Shown: positions 8,521-18,500 of the stretch, piece after piece
Layout: each line of letters starts with the position of its first letter
Position numbering within the stretch: the first letter of the stretch is position 1
NCBI GenBank assembly: GCA_017987115.1
Contig: JAGNUG010000003.1
Coordinates: forward strand, 319-64,318
DNA length: 64,000 bases
Source of the DNA: Flavobacteriales bacterium
Lineage (GTDB): Bacteria > Bacteroidota > Bacteroidia > Flavobacteriales_F > PHOS-HE28
Reading direction: 5' to 3'
The notes under the pieces: generated by a model
The model's input: the letters and a program-made list of their open reading frames with translations, nothing else
Databases searched by the model: none
What the model was told of the DNA's origin: nothing
Translations under genes and position numbers: made by a program

Positions 8521-9393
8521 GTGCTGAACCCCCCATCATTGCTGGAAAAGATCACAATTCCAACGGAATGTGCCGCTTGGTCTGCTCGGACACGTCGCGA
8601 AGGTGCCTGTATCGGGTTCGTGCCTACGATGGGAGCCTTGCATGAAGGCCATTTGGACCTGGTGAACCGTGCTAAGGCTGTTTGTGATAAAGTGGTGTGC
8701 AGCATTTTCGTAAACCCTTTGCAATTCAGTAACTCGGAAGACCTGAACAACTATCCGCGCCAGCTCGAACGTGACAGCGAACTCCTGGAAAGCGTGGGTT
8801 GCGATATGCTATTTACACCCGAAAAGGAATCGATCTTCACGGACTTTACCCCAACGAAGTATGATCTGGAGGGCCTTGACGAACATTGGGAAGGACCTTC
8901 AAGACCAGGTCATTTCCAAGGAGTTGTGAATGTTGTTGAACGTTTGTTCTTCTATGTACGACCAGACCAAGCGTTCTTTGGAGAAAAAGATCGCCAGCAG
9001 CTTACCATACTGCGCGCAATGGCAAGGCAACAACGATGGCCAGTTACCATTACTGCATGTGCAACCGTACGTTCTGAGGATGGCCTAGCGCTCAGTTCCA
9101 GAAATCAGCGCCTTGATACAATACAACGACAACAAGCAACAGTGCTATACCGTGCATTGAAAGCCGTGGAGAAATTAGCCTTCCGCAGCTCCGTAGAAGA
9201 AACCAGAAAGGCCGCTCTTGCCGTCCTGGAAAGTGAACCTAAGGTCATACTGGACCACCTTGGACTTGCTGATGCGGAAACACTGTACCCGATAACCCAT
9301 TGGGATCCAACGCGTGAGGCAATCGCACTTATCGCTGCGCAAGTAGGACCGGTAAGGTTGATCGATAATATTACCCTACACCCATTGGTATGA
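8521..9393 (+). CDS. panC: pantoate--beta-alanine ligase
   Basis: GFVPTMGALHEGHLDLV is the HIGH-like motif, and FGEKDRQQ is also present. The GTG start at 8521 is uncertain; there is no in-frame ATG before the motif. Confidence 0.9.
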   Translation: MLNPPSLLEKITIPTECAAWSARTRREGACIGFVPTMGALHEGHLDLVNRAKAVCDKVVCSIFVNPLQFSNSEDLNNYPRQLERDSELLESVGCDMLFTPEKESIFTDFTPTKYDLEGLDEHWEGPSRPGHFQGVVNVVERLFFYVRPDQAFFGEKDRQQLTILRAMARQQRWPVTITACATVRSEDGLALSSRNQRLDTIQRQQATVLYRALKAVEKLAFRSSVEETRKAALAVLESEPKVILDHLGLADAETLYPITHWDPTREAIALIAAQVGPVRLIDNITLHPLV

Positions 9394-9424
9394 TCAACGG
9401 TGTAAATACCCGAATGCACTTGGA

Positions 9425-10468
9425 ATGAAGAGTGCTGTGATCAGTGTGCTGAAAGTACTGATCCCACTTGCTCTTGGCATTTGGTTGATCTACTATTTCT
9501 ACGATCAGCTCAACGAGCACCAACGCGAGGAACTCTTCACCGCATTCAAACAAGCAAACCTTTGGTGGTTCCTTTTGGCGGCACTCTTAAGTTGGTTCAG
9601 CCACTTGAGCAGAGCGTGGCGATGGCGCTATTTGATCGAGCACATGGGTTACAAGGTCGGTTTCTGGAATGCATACAATGCAACCATGTCCGGGTACTTC
9701 ATGAACCTCTTGATCCCACGAGCTGGAGAAGCCAGCAGGGCTGTAATGCTATACAGAGCAGAAGGTGTTCCTTTCGAAAAAGGTTTCGGAACCATACTCG
9801 CTGAGCGAACCGTTGATCTCATCATGGTCCTGACCATAGCAGGGATAACGCTCGCTTTGCAATGGGATAAGTTGGCGCTTTTCCAAGAAAAGATCGCCGC
9901 ATTCAGAGCCGAACAGAATATTACAGAGGATGCAGGACCAAATTACTGGTGGCTTGCTATTCTTGGCGTGGTCGTGATCGGTGGTATTGCCACCATCTAC
10001 CTAATGTATGCACGACCAGAATTGCGCGCTCGGCTTAAGGATGGAATGCGCGGATTCATTTCCGGACTACGTAGTGTTCTGGAAACGAAGCATCGGTGGG
10101 CATTCATTCTTCATACGATCTTGATCTGGAGCCTTTACGTTGCAATGTTCTGGGTCGGTTTCTTTGCACTTTCCTCAACAACTTCAGTGCCTGCCGCAGG
10201 TGTATTCGCAAGTTTCATAGCGGGCACGATCGGGATCATACTTGTACAAGGTGGTGTTGGTGTGTACCCTGCGTTCGTAGGTCTGATCGTAAGCATCTAC
10301 ATGCCAATGCCCGAAGGAGGAGGACTCATTCGACCAGATGCGCTTGCGATGGGCTGGTTGCTATGGCTCTCACAAACACTGTTAGTGATCGTTCTTGGCG
10401 GCATATCGTTATTTTTGATCTCTCCAAAGGGCAATGGGGAGGGAGTTAAGAGGTTAAAAGTAAATTGA
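9425..10468 (+). CDS. UPF0104 / lysylphosphatidylglycerol-synthase-TM-domain family membrane protein
   Basis: The product has about 8 predicted TM helices and the motif SRAWRWRYL...LIPRAGEASRAVML, typical of the TIGR00374 family. Confidence 0.65.
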   Translation: MKSAVISVLKVLIPLALGIWLIYYFYDQLNEHQREELFTAFKQANLWWFLLAALLSWFSHLSRAWRWRYLIEHMGYKVGFWNAYNATMSGYFMNLLIPRAGEASRAVMLYRAEGVPFEKGFGTILAERTVDLIMVLTIAGITLALQWDKLALFQEKIAAFRAEQNITEDAGPNYWWLAILGVVVIGGIATIYLMYARPELRARLKDGMRGFISGLRSVLETKHRWAFILHTILIWSLYVAMFWVGFFALSSTTSVPAAGVFASFIAGTIGIILVQGGVGVYPAFVGLIVSIYMPMPEGGGLIRPDALAMGWLLWLSQTLLVIVLGGISLFLISPKGNGEGVKRLKVN

Positions 10469-10535
10469 TCTCCATGTGCCGCTTTTGTAACATCGGCCCA
10501 GTGGACCGACGGATCTAGATCTGAAAATTGAACCA

Positions 10536-11030
10536 ATGGCCGAAGCAATCGCAACAGTGGATAAGCGTGTAGTGGACACTATACAGGTGCAACGCCTTGT
10601 GAACATCTGGCGCATGAAGGGTGATCGCATTGTGTTCACGAACGGGTGCTTCGATATTCTCCATCGCGGCCATGTGGAATACTTGCAGGAAGCTGGAGCA
10701 CTTGGAGATCGCTTGATCATTGGTGTAAATAGCGATGCTAGCGTAAAGCGCCAGAACAAAGGACCGGAACGCCCACTGAATGATCAGGACAGCAGGGCAA
10801 AGGTGCTTGCGGCCTTGCGTTTCATCGATGCCGTGGTCATATTCGATCAGGATACACCGCTTGAATTGATCAAGACCATTGGACCCGATGTGCTGGTGAA
10901 AGGCGGTGATTGGACCGAGGACAAGATCGTGGGTAGCGAACATGTGCGATCTCTCGGTGGCGAAGTGCGCAGCTTGAAGCTGGTAGATGGTTTTTCGACA
11001 ACTGGTCTAGTCGCTAAGATCCGTGGCTAA
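10536..11030 (+). CDS. cytidylyltransferase-like protein, RfaE domain II type (D-glycero-beta-D-manno-heptose-1-phosphate adenylyltransferase-like)
   Basis: The product has FTNGCFDILHRGHVEYL and is 164 aa, a stand-alone nucleotidyltransferase domain. It overlaps radA by 8 nt. Confidence 0.75.
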   Translation: MAEAIATVDKRVVDTIQVQRLVNIWRMKGDRIVFTNGCFDILHRGHVEYLQEAGALGDRLIIGVNSDASVKRQNKGPERPLNDQDSRAKVLAALRFIDAVVIFDQDTPLELIKTIGPDVLVKGGDWTEDKIVGSEHVRSLGGEVRSLKLVDGFSTTGLVAKIRG

Positions 11031-12417
11031 GATCAGATCGAATTTCGTATGCCAATCCTGTGGAAGTAAATACCCACAATGGCTTGGTCAATGCGGCAAT
11101 TGCAAAGAATGGAACACGCTCGTGGAAGAAGTCGTGGACCGAGCATCCGAAAAACGTGGCTTACCTCAAAGCATTAAAAGTCGAGCTCCAAAACCGGTAG
11201 CCATCAATGACATTCCCGCGCAAGATGGACCCCGGATCGCATTGAATGACCGCGAATTCTCCCGAGTACTTGGAGGTGGATTGGTTCCAGGGAGCATCAC
11301 GCTATTGGGTGGCGAACCAGGGATCGGGAAAAGCACCTTGCTCCTACAGACCGCATTGCGCAACCCGCATTTGCGAACGCTCTATGTCAGTGGTGAAGAA
11401 AGTGAGCATCAGGTGAAGATGCGCGCTGAACGTGTAGTAGGTGACAATGCCTCCAAGAACCGTGCACCGCAAAGTTCCTCGAATAATTGCTACGTCCTTA
11501 CAGAGACGAATACCCAGAACATTTTCAAACACATTGAAGCATTGCAACCCGGGTTGGTGGTTATTGATAGTGTGCAGACATTGCACACCGCTGTTCTCGA
11601 TGCCAGCCCAGGTAGTGTAGGTCAGGTCCGCGAATGCACCGCCGAGCTAATGCGATTCGCGAAGACGACCAGCATTCCGATGGTATTGATCGGTCACATT
11701 ACGAAAGATGGTTTTATTGCTGGACCCAAAGTCCTCGAACACATGGTGGATTGCGTGTTACAGTTCGAAGGTGATCGTGATCATGCGTATCGTTTATTGA
11801 GACCATTGAAAAACCGTTTCGGCAGCACCAACGAATTGGGGATCTACGAAATGCAAGGCAGTGGTCTAGCTGAAGTTGAAGATCCGAGCCAAGTGTTATT
11901 GGGTCGCCGAGAAGAACGGCCTAGTGGAGTGGTGGTGGCTGCAACATTGGAAGGAATGCGTCCGTTGCTTATCGAAGTGCAGGCACTGGTGAGTTCAGCC
12001 GTCTATGGCACGCCACAGCGCAGTTCCACTGGTTTCGATCTCCGTCGATTGAACATGTTGCTCGCGGTAATGGAAAAACGGTGTGGTTTCCGTTTGGGTC
12101 AGAAAGATGTGTTCTTGAATCTTGCCGGCGGGTTCCGCGTGGAAGAACCGGCTATCGATCTTGCTGTGGTGTGTGCAGTGCTCAGTAGCAACGCCGACAT
12201 TGCCGTACCCATGGACGTATGCTTTGCTGGCGAAGTTGGCCTGACCGGAGAAATACGCCCCGTTACCCGCACAGAGCAGCGTGTTGCCGAAGCAGCAAAA
12301 CTTGGTTTTGCCACCATTTTCGTTCCCAAAGGAACCAAAGGTATCGCACCGGTCAAGGGCATTAGGGTAATACAAGTAGGTCGGGTCGATGAGGTGTTCG
12401 GGCATTTGTTCGGGTGA
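11023..12417 (+). CDS. radA: DNA repair protein RadA/Sms
   Basis: The product has a zinc ribbon (CQSCGSKYPQWLGQCGNCKEWNT), a Walker A motif (GGEPGIGKST), KNRFG, and a Lon-like C-terminal domain. Confidence 0.95.
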   Translation: MAKIRSNFVCQSCGSKYPQWLGQCGNCKEWNTLVEEVVDRASEKRGLPQSIKSRAPKPVAINDIPAQDGPRIALNDREFSRVLGGGLVPGSITLLGGEPGIGKSTLLLQTALRNPHLRTLYVSGEESEHQVKMRAERVVGDNASKNRAPQSSSNNCYVLTETNTQNIFKHIEALQPGLVVIDSVQTLHTAVLDASPGSVGQVRECTAELMRFAKTTSIPMVLIGHITKDGFIAGPKVLEHMVDCVLQFEGDRDHAYRLLRPLKNRFGSTNELGIYEMQGSGLAEVEDPSQVLLGRREERPSGVVVAATLEGMRPLLIEVQALVSSAVYGTPQRSSTGFDLRRLNMLLAVMEKRCGFRLGQKDVFLNLAGGFRVEEPAIDLAVVCAVLSSNADIAVPMDVCFAGEVGLTGEIRPVTRTEQRVAEAAKLGFATIFVPKGTKGIAPVKGIRVIQVGRVDEVFGHLFG

Positions 12418-12498
12418 TACGAAAAGCTGAACGACAACATTTTCTCGTTCGGCACTTACCCTGGGATCAAATTCAATGATCCTCTTCGCGAAACAAGA

Positions 12499-12531
12499 AC
12501 GGGCCGTGAACGATCATCGATCACGGCCCGT
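12499..12531. terminator. hairpin between convergent radA and the giant adhesin gene
   Basis: acgggccgtga (12499-12509) pairs with tcacggcccgt (12521-12531), an 11-bp stem. There is no clear U-tract on either side. Confidence 0.45.
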
Positions 12532-12556
12532 CAAGGTCGATCCTTCCAACTAACCC

Positions 12557-15500
12557 TTACTCCGACTTCAGCTTACCTGAAGTAACACGATCTCCTGAGA
12601 TCAGGCGATAGAAATACATTCCGGTCTTCAGGTTGCTCGCATCCCAAGTGAGACGATATGAACCTTGTTGATCAACGGCTCCGGTAAAGACATTTGCGAC
12701 CAACACTCCATCAATTGTGTAGACATCCAACGTAGTGCGCTCATCCGCTTTCAGGCCCGTGATCGAGAACGTAGTAAGCCCGCGGAAAGGATTCGGATAC
12801 ACCAGAATTTCAATGTTCTCCGATACATCTTCTTTTTCAATGGTCTCCGCCAACACATCATCTGTCTCTTCAACCGCCATTGTACTACCGATCTCTATGC
12901 TTGTATTTGCACTTGCTGTACAACCATTCACATCCGTTACAATAACATTGTACATGCCGGATACATTGATGGCTGCGGTTTGTGTGATCTGGGCTGGCGT
13001 CGTGTTCCACAGGTAGCTGTATGGAGCTTGGCCACCTGTCACAGTAGCTGAAATAGTTCCGTTGCTAATATTCGGCGAACCAGTAACAGTTAGCGGAGCG
13101 GCAATGAATGCTTGGATCGCATTGGTAGATACGGTACAGGAACCGTTGGTGGTAAGGACCGAGTAACTACCGCTCTGTGTTGCGGCATACGTGGATTCCG
13201 TAGCACCATTGATCGTGGCGCCATTGCGCCTCCAAGTGTGGGTCAGACCAGGTGCCGTGTAGGTCGAGAACACAACTTCATCACCACTACAAACGTTTGT
13301 GCTGCCCTGTGCCATGATCCAAGTGTTAACACCAGAACCTGCGTTCACGAACACTACATTCGAATTTGCTACACAGGATGCATTATAGATCGAAACTTCA
13401 TAGCCACCTGAGGTAGTAGCGGTATAGGTATTGGAAGTGGCCCCGTTGATGGTGGCTCCATAGTTCCTCCACACATACGTATTGCCCGCAGCAGCAGGAA
13501 CGCTAAGCGTAACGCCACCGTTGGAACAAAGACCGGTCTGTTGTGAGGCAGTAATGTTCGTATTGATCTGGCCTCCAACATGCAATTGAACGCTGTTCGA
13601 TGTTGCCGAACAATTTCCGTTCGTTACTACGACCGTATAAATACCGGCCTGCGTTCCAGTGTAACTATTTGAAGTCGCGCCTTGGATCGTAGACCCATTC
13701 CGCTTCCAAACATAGGTGTAACCAGCAGCAGCATCAACCGCAAGCACCACGCTCCCGCCATAGCAGAATCCAACCGGACCTGTTGCAAACAAAGTTGCCG
13801 TAATGCTGTTCGTAACGGAAACAATGATAGCCGCTGAAGTCGCGGAACATGTACCTGCGTTCACTGCTACTGTATAGCTTCCAGCTTGCGTTGCCGTGTA
13901 GTTGCTCGCTGTAGCACCATTGATCAAAGCTCCATTCCTTCTCCAGACATAGCTGTAACCAGCACCTGTATTCGCGTATAGTACTACACTACCTCCAGTA
14001 CAGAATGAAGTTGAACTACCGGGTGCAATGGACGCTGTTCCTAACGTAGTGACCGATACGGAAACCGCACCGGACGTTCCAGAACACGAGCCGGACCCTA
14101 CAGTAACCGTGTAACTACCGGCTTGTGTCGCAGTGTAGCTATTATTGGTAGCACCGTTGATGGATGTTCCGTTGCGCTTCCACTGGTAGCTGCTGCCTGC
14201 GCTTGCATTCAACACTACATTACCTCCTGTACAGAACGTTGTAGGACCTGCAGCGGTAATGGAAGCCGATGATACGGATGAAACGGTTACAGTCAATGCA
14301 TTGGATGTGCCGGAGCAAGAACCAGATCCCACCGTAACGGTGTAACTACCGGCCTGTGAAGCGGTGTAGTTGCTGCTAGTAGCACCGTTGATGGATGTTC
14401 CGTTGCGCTTCCACTGGTAGCTGCTGCCTGCGCTTGCATTCAACACTACATTGCCTCCTGTACAGAACGTTGTAGGACCTGTAGCCGATATGGATGCTGA
14501 CCCCACTGTTGAGACCGATACCGCAACCGCACTGGATGTGCCGGAGCAAGAACCAGATCCTACGGTAACAGTGTAACTACCGGCTTGTGTCGCAGTGAAA
14601 TTGCTGCTTGTCGCACCATCGATGGATGCACCATTGCGCATCCACTGATAACTACTGCCGGCATTCGCATTCAATACTACGTTGCCTCCCGTGCAGAATG
14701 TTGTTGGACCCGCAGGCGTAATGGATGCCGAGCCAGTACCGGACATGCTGACCGGGGTCACTGCAGAGTTGGTAAAGCATGCGCCATGGATCACCATGAC
14801 CGTGTAATTACCTGATTGTGTTGCGGTATATGAATTATTTGTTGCACCGGTTATAGGTGTTCCGTTACGCTTCCAAACAAATTGGTATCCACTTCCAGTG
14901 TTCGCGGACATCGCCACGGTTTGACCGGCACAGACAGTTGTTGGGCCTGTTGCGGTGATGATCGCAGATGGCGGCGTATTGATAGTTACATTCAATGGAG
15001 CAGAAGTTGATGCACATGCACCGGTTCCGACCGTAACCCTATAACTACCCCCTTGTGTTGCCGTGTAGTTGCTGTTCGTTGCACCATTGATGGTTACGTT
15101 ATTGCGTTTCCACACATACGAACTACCCGATGGCGCACTGAGAACTACACTGCTACCCGTGCATAGATTAACGGGTCCCGAGGCACTTATGGTAGCGGCC
15201 GGTGCACTGGTTGAAATACTAACAGTAAGCGCATTGGAAGTAGCTGAACATGAACCATTGGTTACTATCACCTTATAGCTTCCTTGCTGCGTGGCCGTGT
15301 AACTACTGCTAGTTGCACCAGGTATATTCTGACCATTGAACTGCCACATATAGGTGCCACCACCTGTGGCGTTCAGTACTACGTTTCCGCCGGTGCAGAA
15401 CGATGTGGAACCAACTGGCGTAATGCTCGCCGTCCCGGATGTTGTCACTGATACAGTTACCGCTGATGAGTTCGTGTAACAAGCTCCGCTGATCACGCGA

Positions 15501-18500
15501 ACCGTGTATGCGCCAGCTTGCGTTGCAGTGTAGCTGACGCTGGTTGCTCCGCTGATAACACTTCCATTGCGATACCATAAATACTGGAAGCCAGTACCTG
15601 TTGTTGCATTCAACACGGCACTACCTCCGCTGCAGAATGTGGTTCCGTTCGGAGCGGTAATGTTCGCGCTTGGACCACTTGATGCACTTACGCTAACACC
15701 ACTGGATGTCGCTAAGCATGAACCATTGCTTACTGTTACCGTGTATGTTCCTGAAGTATTTGCCGTGTAACTGCTACTTGTTGCACCACTGATGTTATTG
15801 CCATCCTTCTTCCACTGGTAAGAAGAGCCGGTGGATGCGTTCAACACAACGCTACCTCCCGTGCAGAACGATGTGGAACCAACTGGCGTAATGCTCGCAG
15901 TTCCGGATGTTGTAACTGATACAGTTACCGCTGATGAGTTCGTGTAACAAGCTCCGCTGATCACGCGAACCGTGTATGCACCAGCTTGCGTTGCTGTGTA
16001 GCTGACGCTGGTTGCTCCGCTGATAACACTTCCATTGCGATACCATACATACTGGAAGCCAGTACCTGTTGTTGCATTCAACACGGCACTACCTCCGCTG
16101 CAGAATGTGGTTCCGTTCGGAGCGGTAATGTTCGCGCTTGGACCACTTGATGCACTTACGCTAACACCACTGGATGTCGCTAAGCATGAACCATTGCTTA
16201 CTGTTACCGTGTATGTTCCTGAAGTATTTGCCGTGTAACTGCTACTTGTTGCACCACTGATGTTATTGCCATCCTTCTTCCACTGGTAAGAAGAGCCGGT
16301 GGATGCGTTCAACACAACGCTACCTCCCGTGCAGAACGATGTGGAACCAACTGGCGTAATGCTCGCAGTTCCGGATGTTGTAACTGATACAGTTACCGCT
16401 GATGAGTTCGTGTAACAAGCTCCGCTGATCACGCGAACCGTGTATGCACCAGCTTGCGTTGCTGTGTAGCTGACGCTGGTTGCTCCGCTGATAACACTTC
16501 CATTGCGATACCATACATACTGGAAGCCAGTACCTGTTGTTGCATTCAACACGGCACTACCTCCGCTGCAGAATGTGGTTCCGTTCGGAGCGGTAATGTT
16601 CGCGCTTGGACCACTTGATGCACTTACGCTAACACCACTGGATGTCGCTGAGCATGAACCATTGCTTACTGTTACCGTGTATGTTCCTGAAGTATTTGCC
16701 GTGTAACTGCTACTTGTTGCACCACTGATGTTATTGCCATCCTTCTTCCATTGGTAAGAAGAGCCGGTGGATGCGTTCAACACAACACTACCTCCCGTGC
16801 AGAAAGTCGTACTTCCTACAGGTGTAACTGATGCCGCGGGTGTATTGTCGACACCAACGCATTGACAACTCGAATTCCACCGATCATCCGTCGTACACGC
16901 ATTTCCGTCATTGCACGTAGTACCTGGAACGGCTGTACCGCCGACTACTCCAGCACAGTCGGTCGTAGGGGGTGGAGCAACACCGGATGATACAGCGATC
17001 GTACCTAACGAAAGGTTCTCGTATGAACCACTTGGATCGATCTGCATTTTCATGGCGCGAACCATGTATTGCTTTCCATTCTGGAACGGAACACTGCTAT
17101 TCTGATAACTAGTTGAGGTAACCAGTGTATTCGTGACCTTGGAAATAGCTCCTGTGTTTGCATCGAATTGGTAGATGTAGTAACCAGCGACTTGTTCTGA
17201 AGATGCCGTCCAAGCAAACGCTGCCGTACCACTTGCGTTGGAAATGCTCAACGATGTCGGAGGGGCAACCATTTTCTGACGCAAGGATGGATCTCCCATC
17301 AAACCCAGGTGGGTGCGACCAATTGACCCTTGCCATCCATCAGTCAGTGGCACATACAGTCCCGTGTTGTTCATGGTCTCCAACGTGCTGTATCCGATAT
17401 TCTCTCCTAAACCCATGTGGTGGAAATACCAGCCCGGTATGGAAGAGTATGCATTGGTCAACCCTTCGCCTTTAGCTAGCGGAGCTCGAAGGAAATTGTT
17501 CTTGTTATCCCAATCACCGAAGTATGACCCGAACGACATATTGAATACACCACCCAAATTGCCAGCGGCATAGGACTGTGTAGTTCCGATATTATCGGCA
17601 CCATTGAAAGTAACGTCATTACCGATGTATTCCTGTAGACCACCTCCACTGGCATATGCCCATAGGTAGCTTTGGCCATTCACCAATGAATTGTAGGATG
17701 GTCCGTATTGGTATGGTGCACTGATCTCTTCGGATCCGACCATTGGCGCGATCGATCGCCAGCCACTGGCGGCCAACGGATTGCCTACCCATTGAAGGTT
17801 GTCGAACATCATAGCACGAGGGTTCGGCGTGTAGCCCTTTACCTTGAAGTTGTGTGCCTTATTCAAATAGTTCCTGGTCAACTCCACCTCGCTCGAATTG
17901 AAAGCGGGCATGTCATACAAGTCCACCCTACCTACCTGCAATTCCAGGGCAGAAGGAAAATCGCTTTGATCGAACTTTCCATCGCCCGGTACATTGAAGT
18001 TCTTTGGATTCTGCGATGCTTGTACGGATACGCTATTGTCCGTCCAGTTACCGTTCATTTCTCCGTAGTAACCATCGCACGGCCAGGCCCCTTGGTGGCT
18101 ACCATGCCCATCAGGTGCAATATTTCCGGAATAAGGAACAGCGATATGCCCAACGATATACACAGCCTTTACATTCGATGGATCACTTTGGTAATGACCA
18201 AGGATGATGTTCCGGACACCTGAAACCGTTGTGTTCGTAGTAACATTCGTGCGCAATACTGACCAACCATCCGCAGCAAGGTCTTTCTCCAAGGTCAGTA
18301 ACTCAGTGCTCAAAGGTGACACAAGGTTATTCGCTACCAGCAGGATCATCTTTCCCCGGTAGTCACGCATTGGCACATTGATCCCGGAGCATAGGTAACC
18401 AGTACCAGTAACACCATTTGCTACTCGAACAACTTTATACTCATATGCTGTGCCTACTGACACGCCATTGTCAATGTAGGAGTTCGTTGTTGGTGCAGGA

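Noticed and set aside
10515-10943. A 142-aa minus-strand ORF and the 101-aa ORF at 10454-10759.
   Set aside because: The 142-aa ORF lies almost entirely, and the 101-aa ORF largely, antisense to the well-supported RfaE-domain-II gene (HxGH motif). They have no motifs of their own.
15309-16706. Recurring 64-89-aa ORFs on both strands (for example the MRYH[KT]YWKPVPVV... series three times on the plus strand and the MVSQWKCYQRSNQRQLH... series on the minus strand).
   Set aside because: They recur at exactly the 468-bp period of the adhesin repeat. They are out-of-frame or antisense shadows of that coding repeat, not a separate gene family.
13085-16831. Regular short-period repeats that might suggest a CRISPR-like array.
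   Set aside because: The repeats are contiguous with no unique spacers. Their periods are 231-237 and 468 bp. They maintain one long open reading frame encoding Ig-like modules, and no cas genes are present.
17595-18109. The GHGSHQGAWPC segment (residues 203-213) as the C25 catalytic His/Cys dyad.
   Set aside because: The His and Cys are only 8 residues apart. They also fall within the segment that aligns to RgpB residues between its LLVGDHKDIP and DQVYGQ motifs, well upstream of the positions that align with the gingipain His and Cys motifs. Those positions read Gly357 and Ser397. I keep it as an alternative to be tested by a proper alignment.
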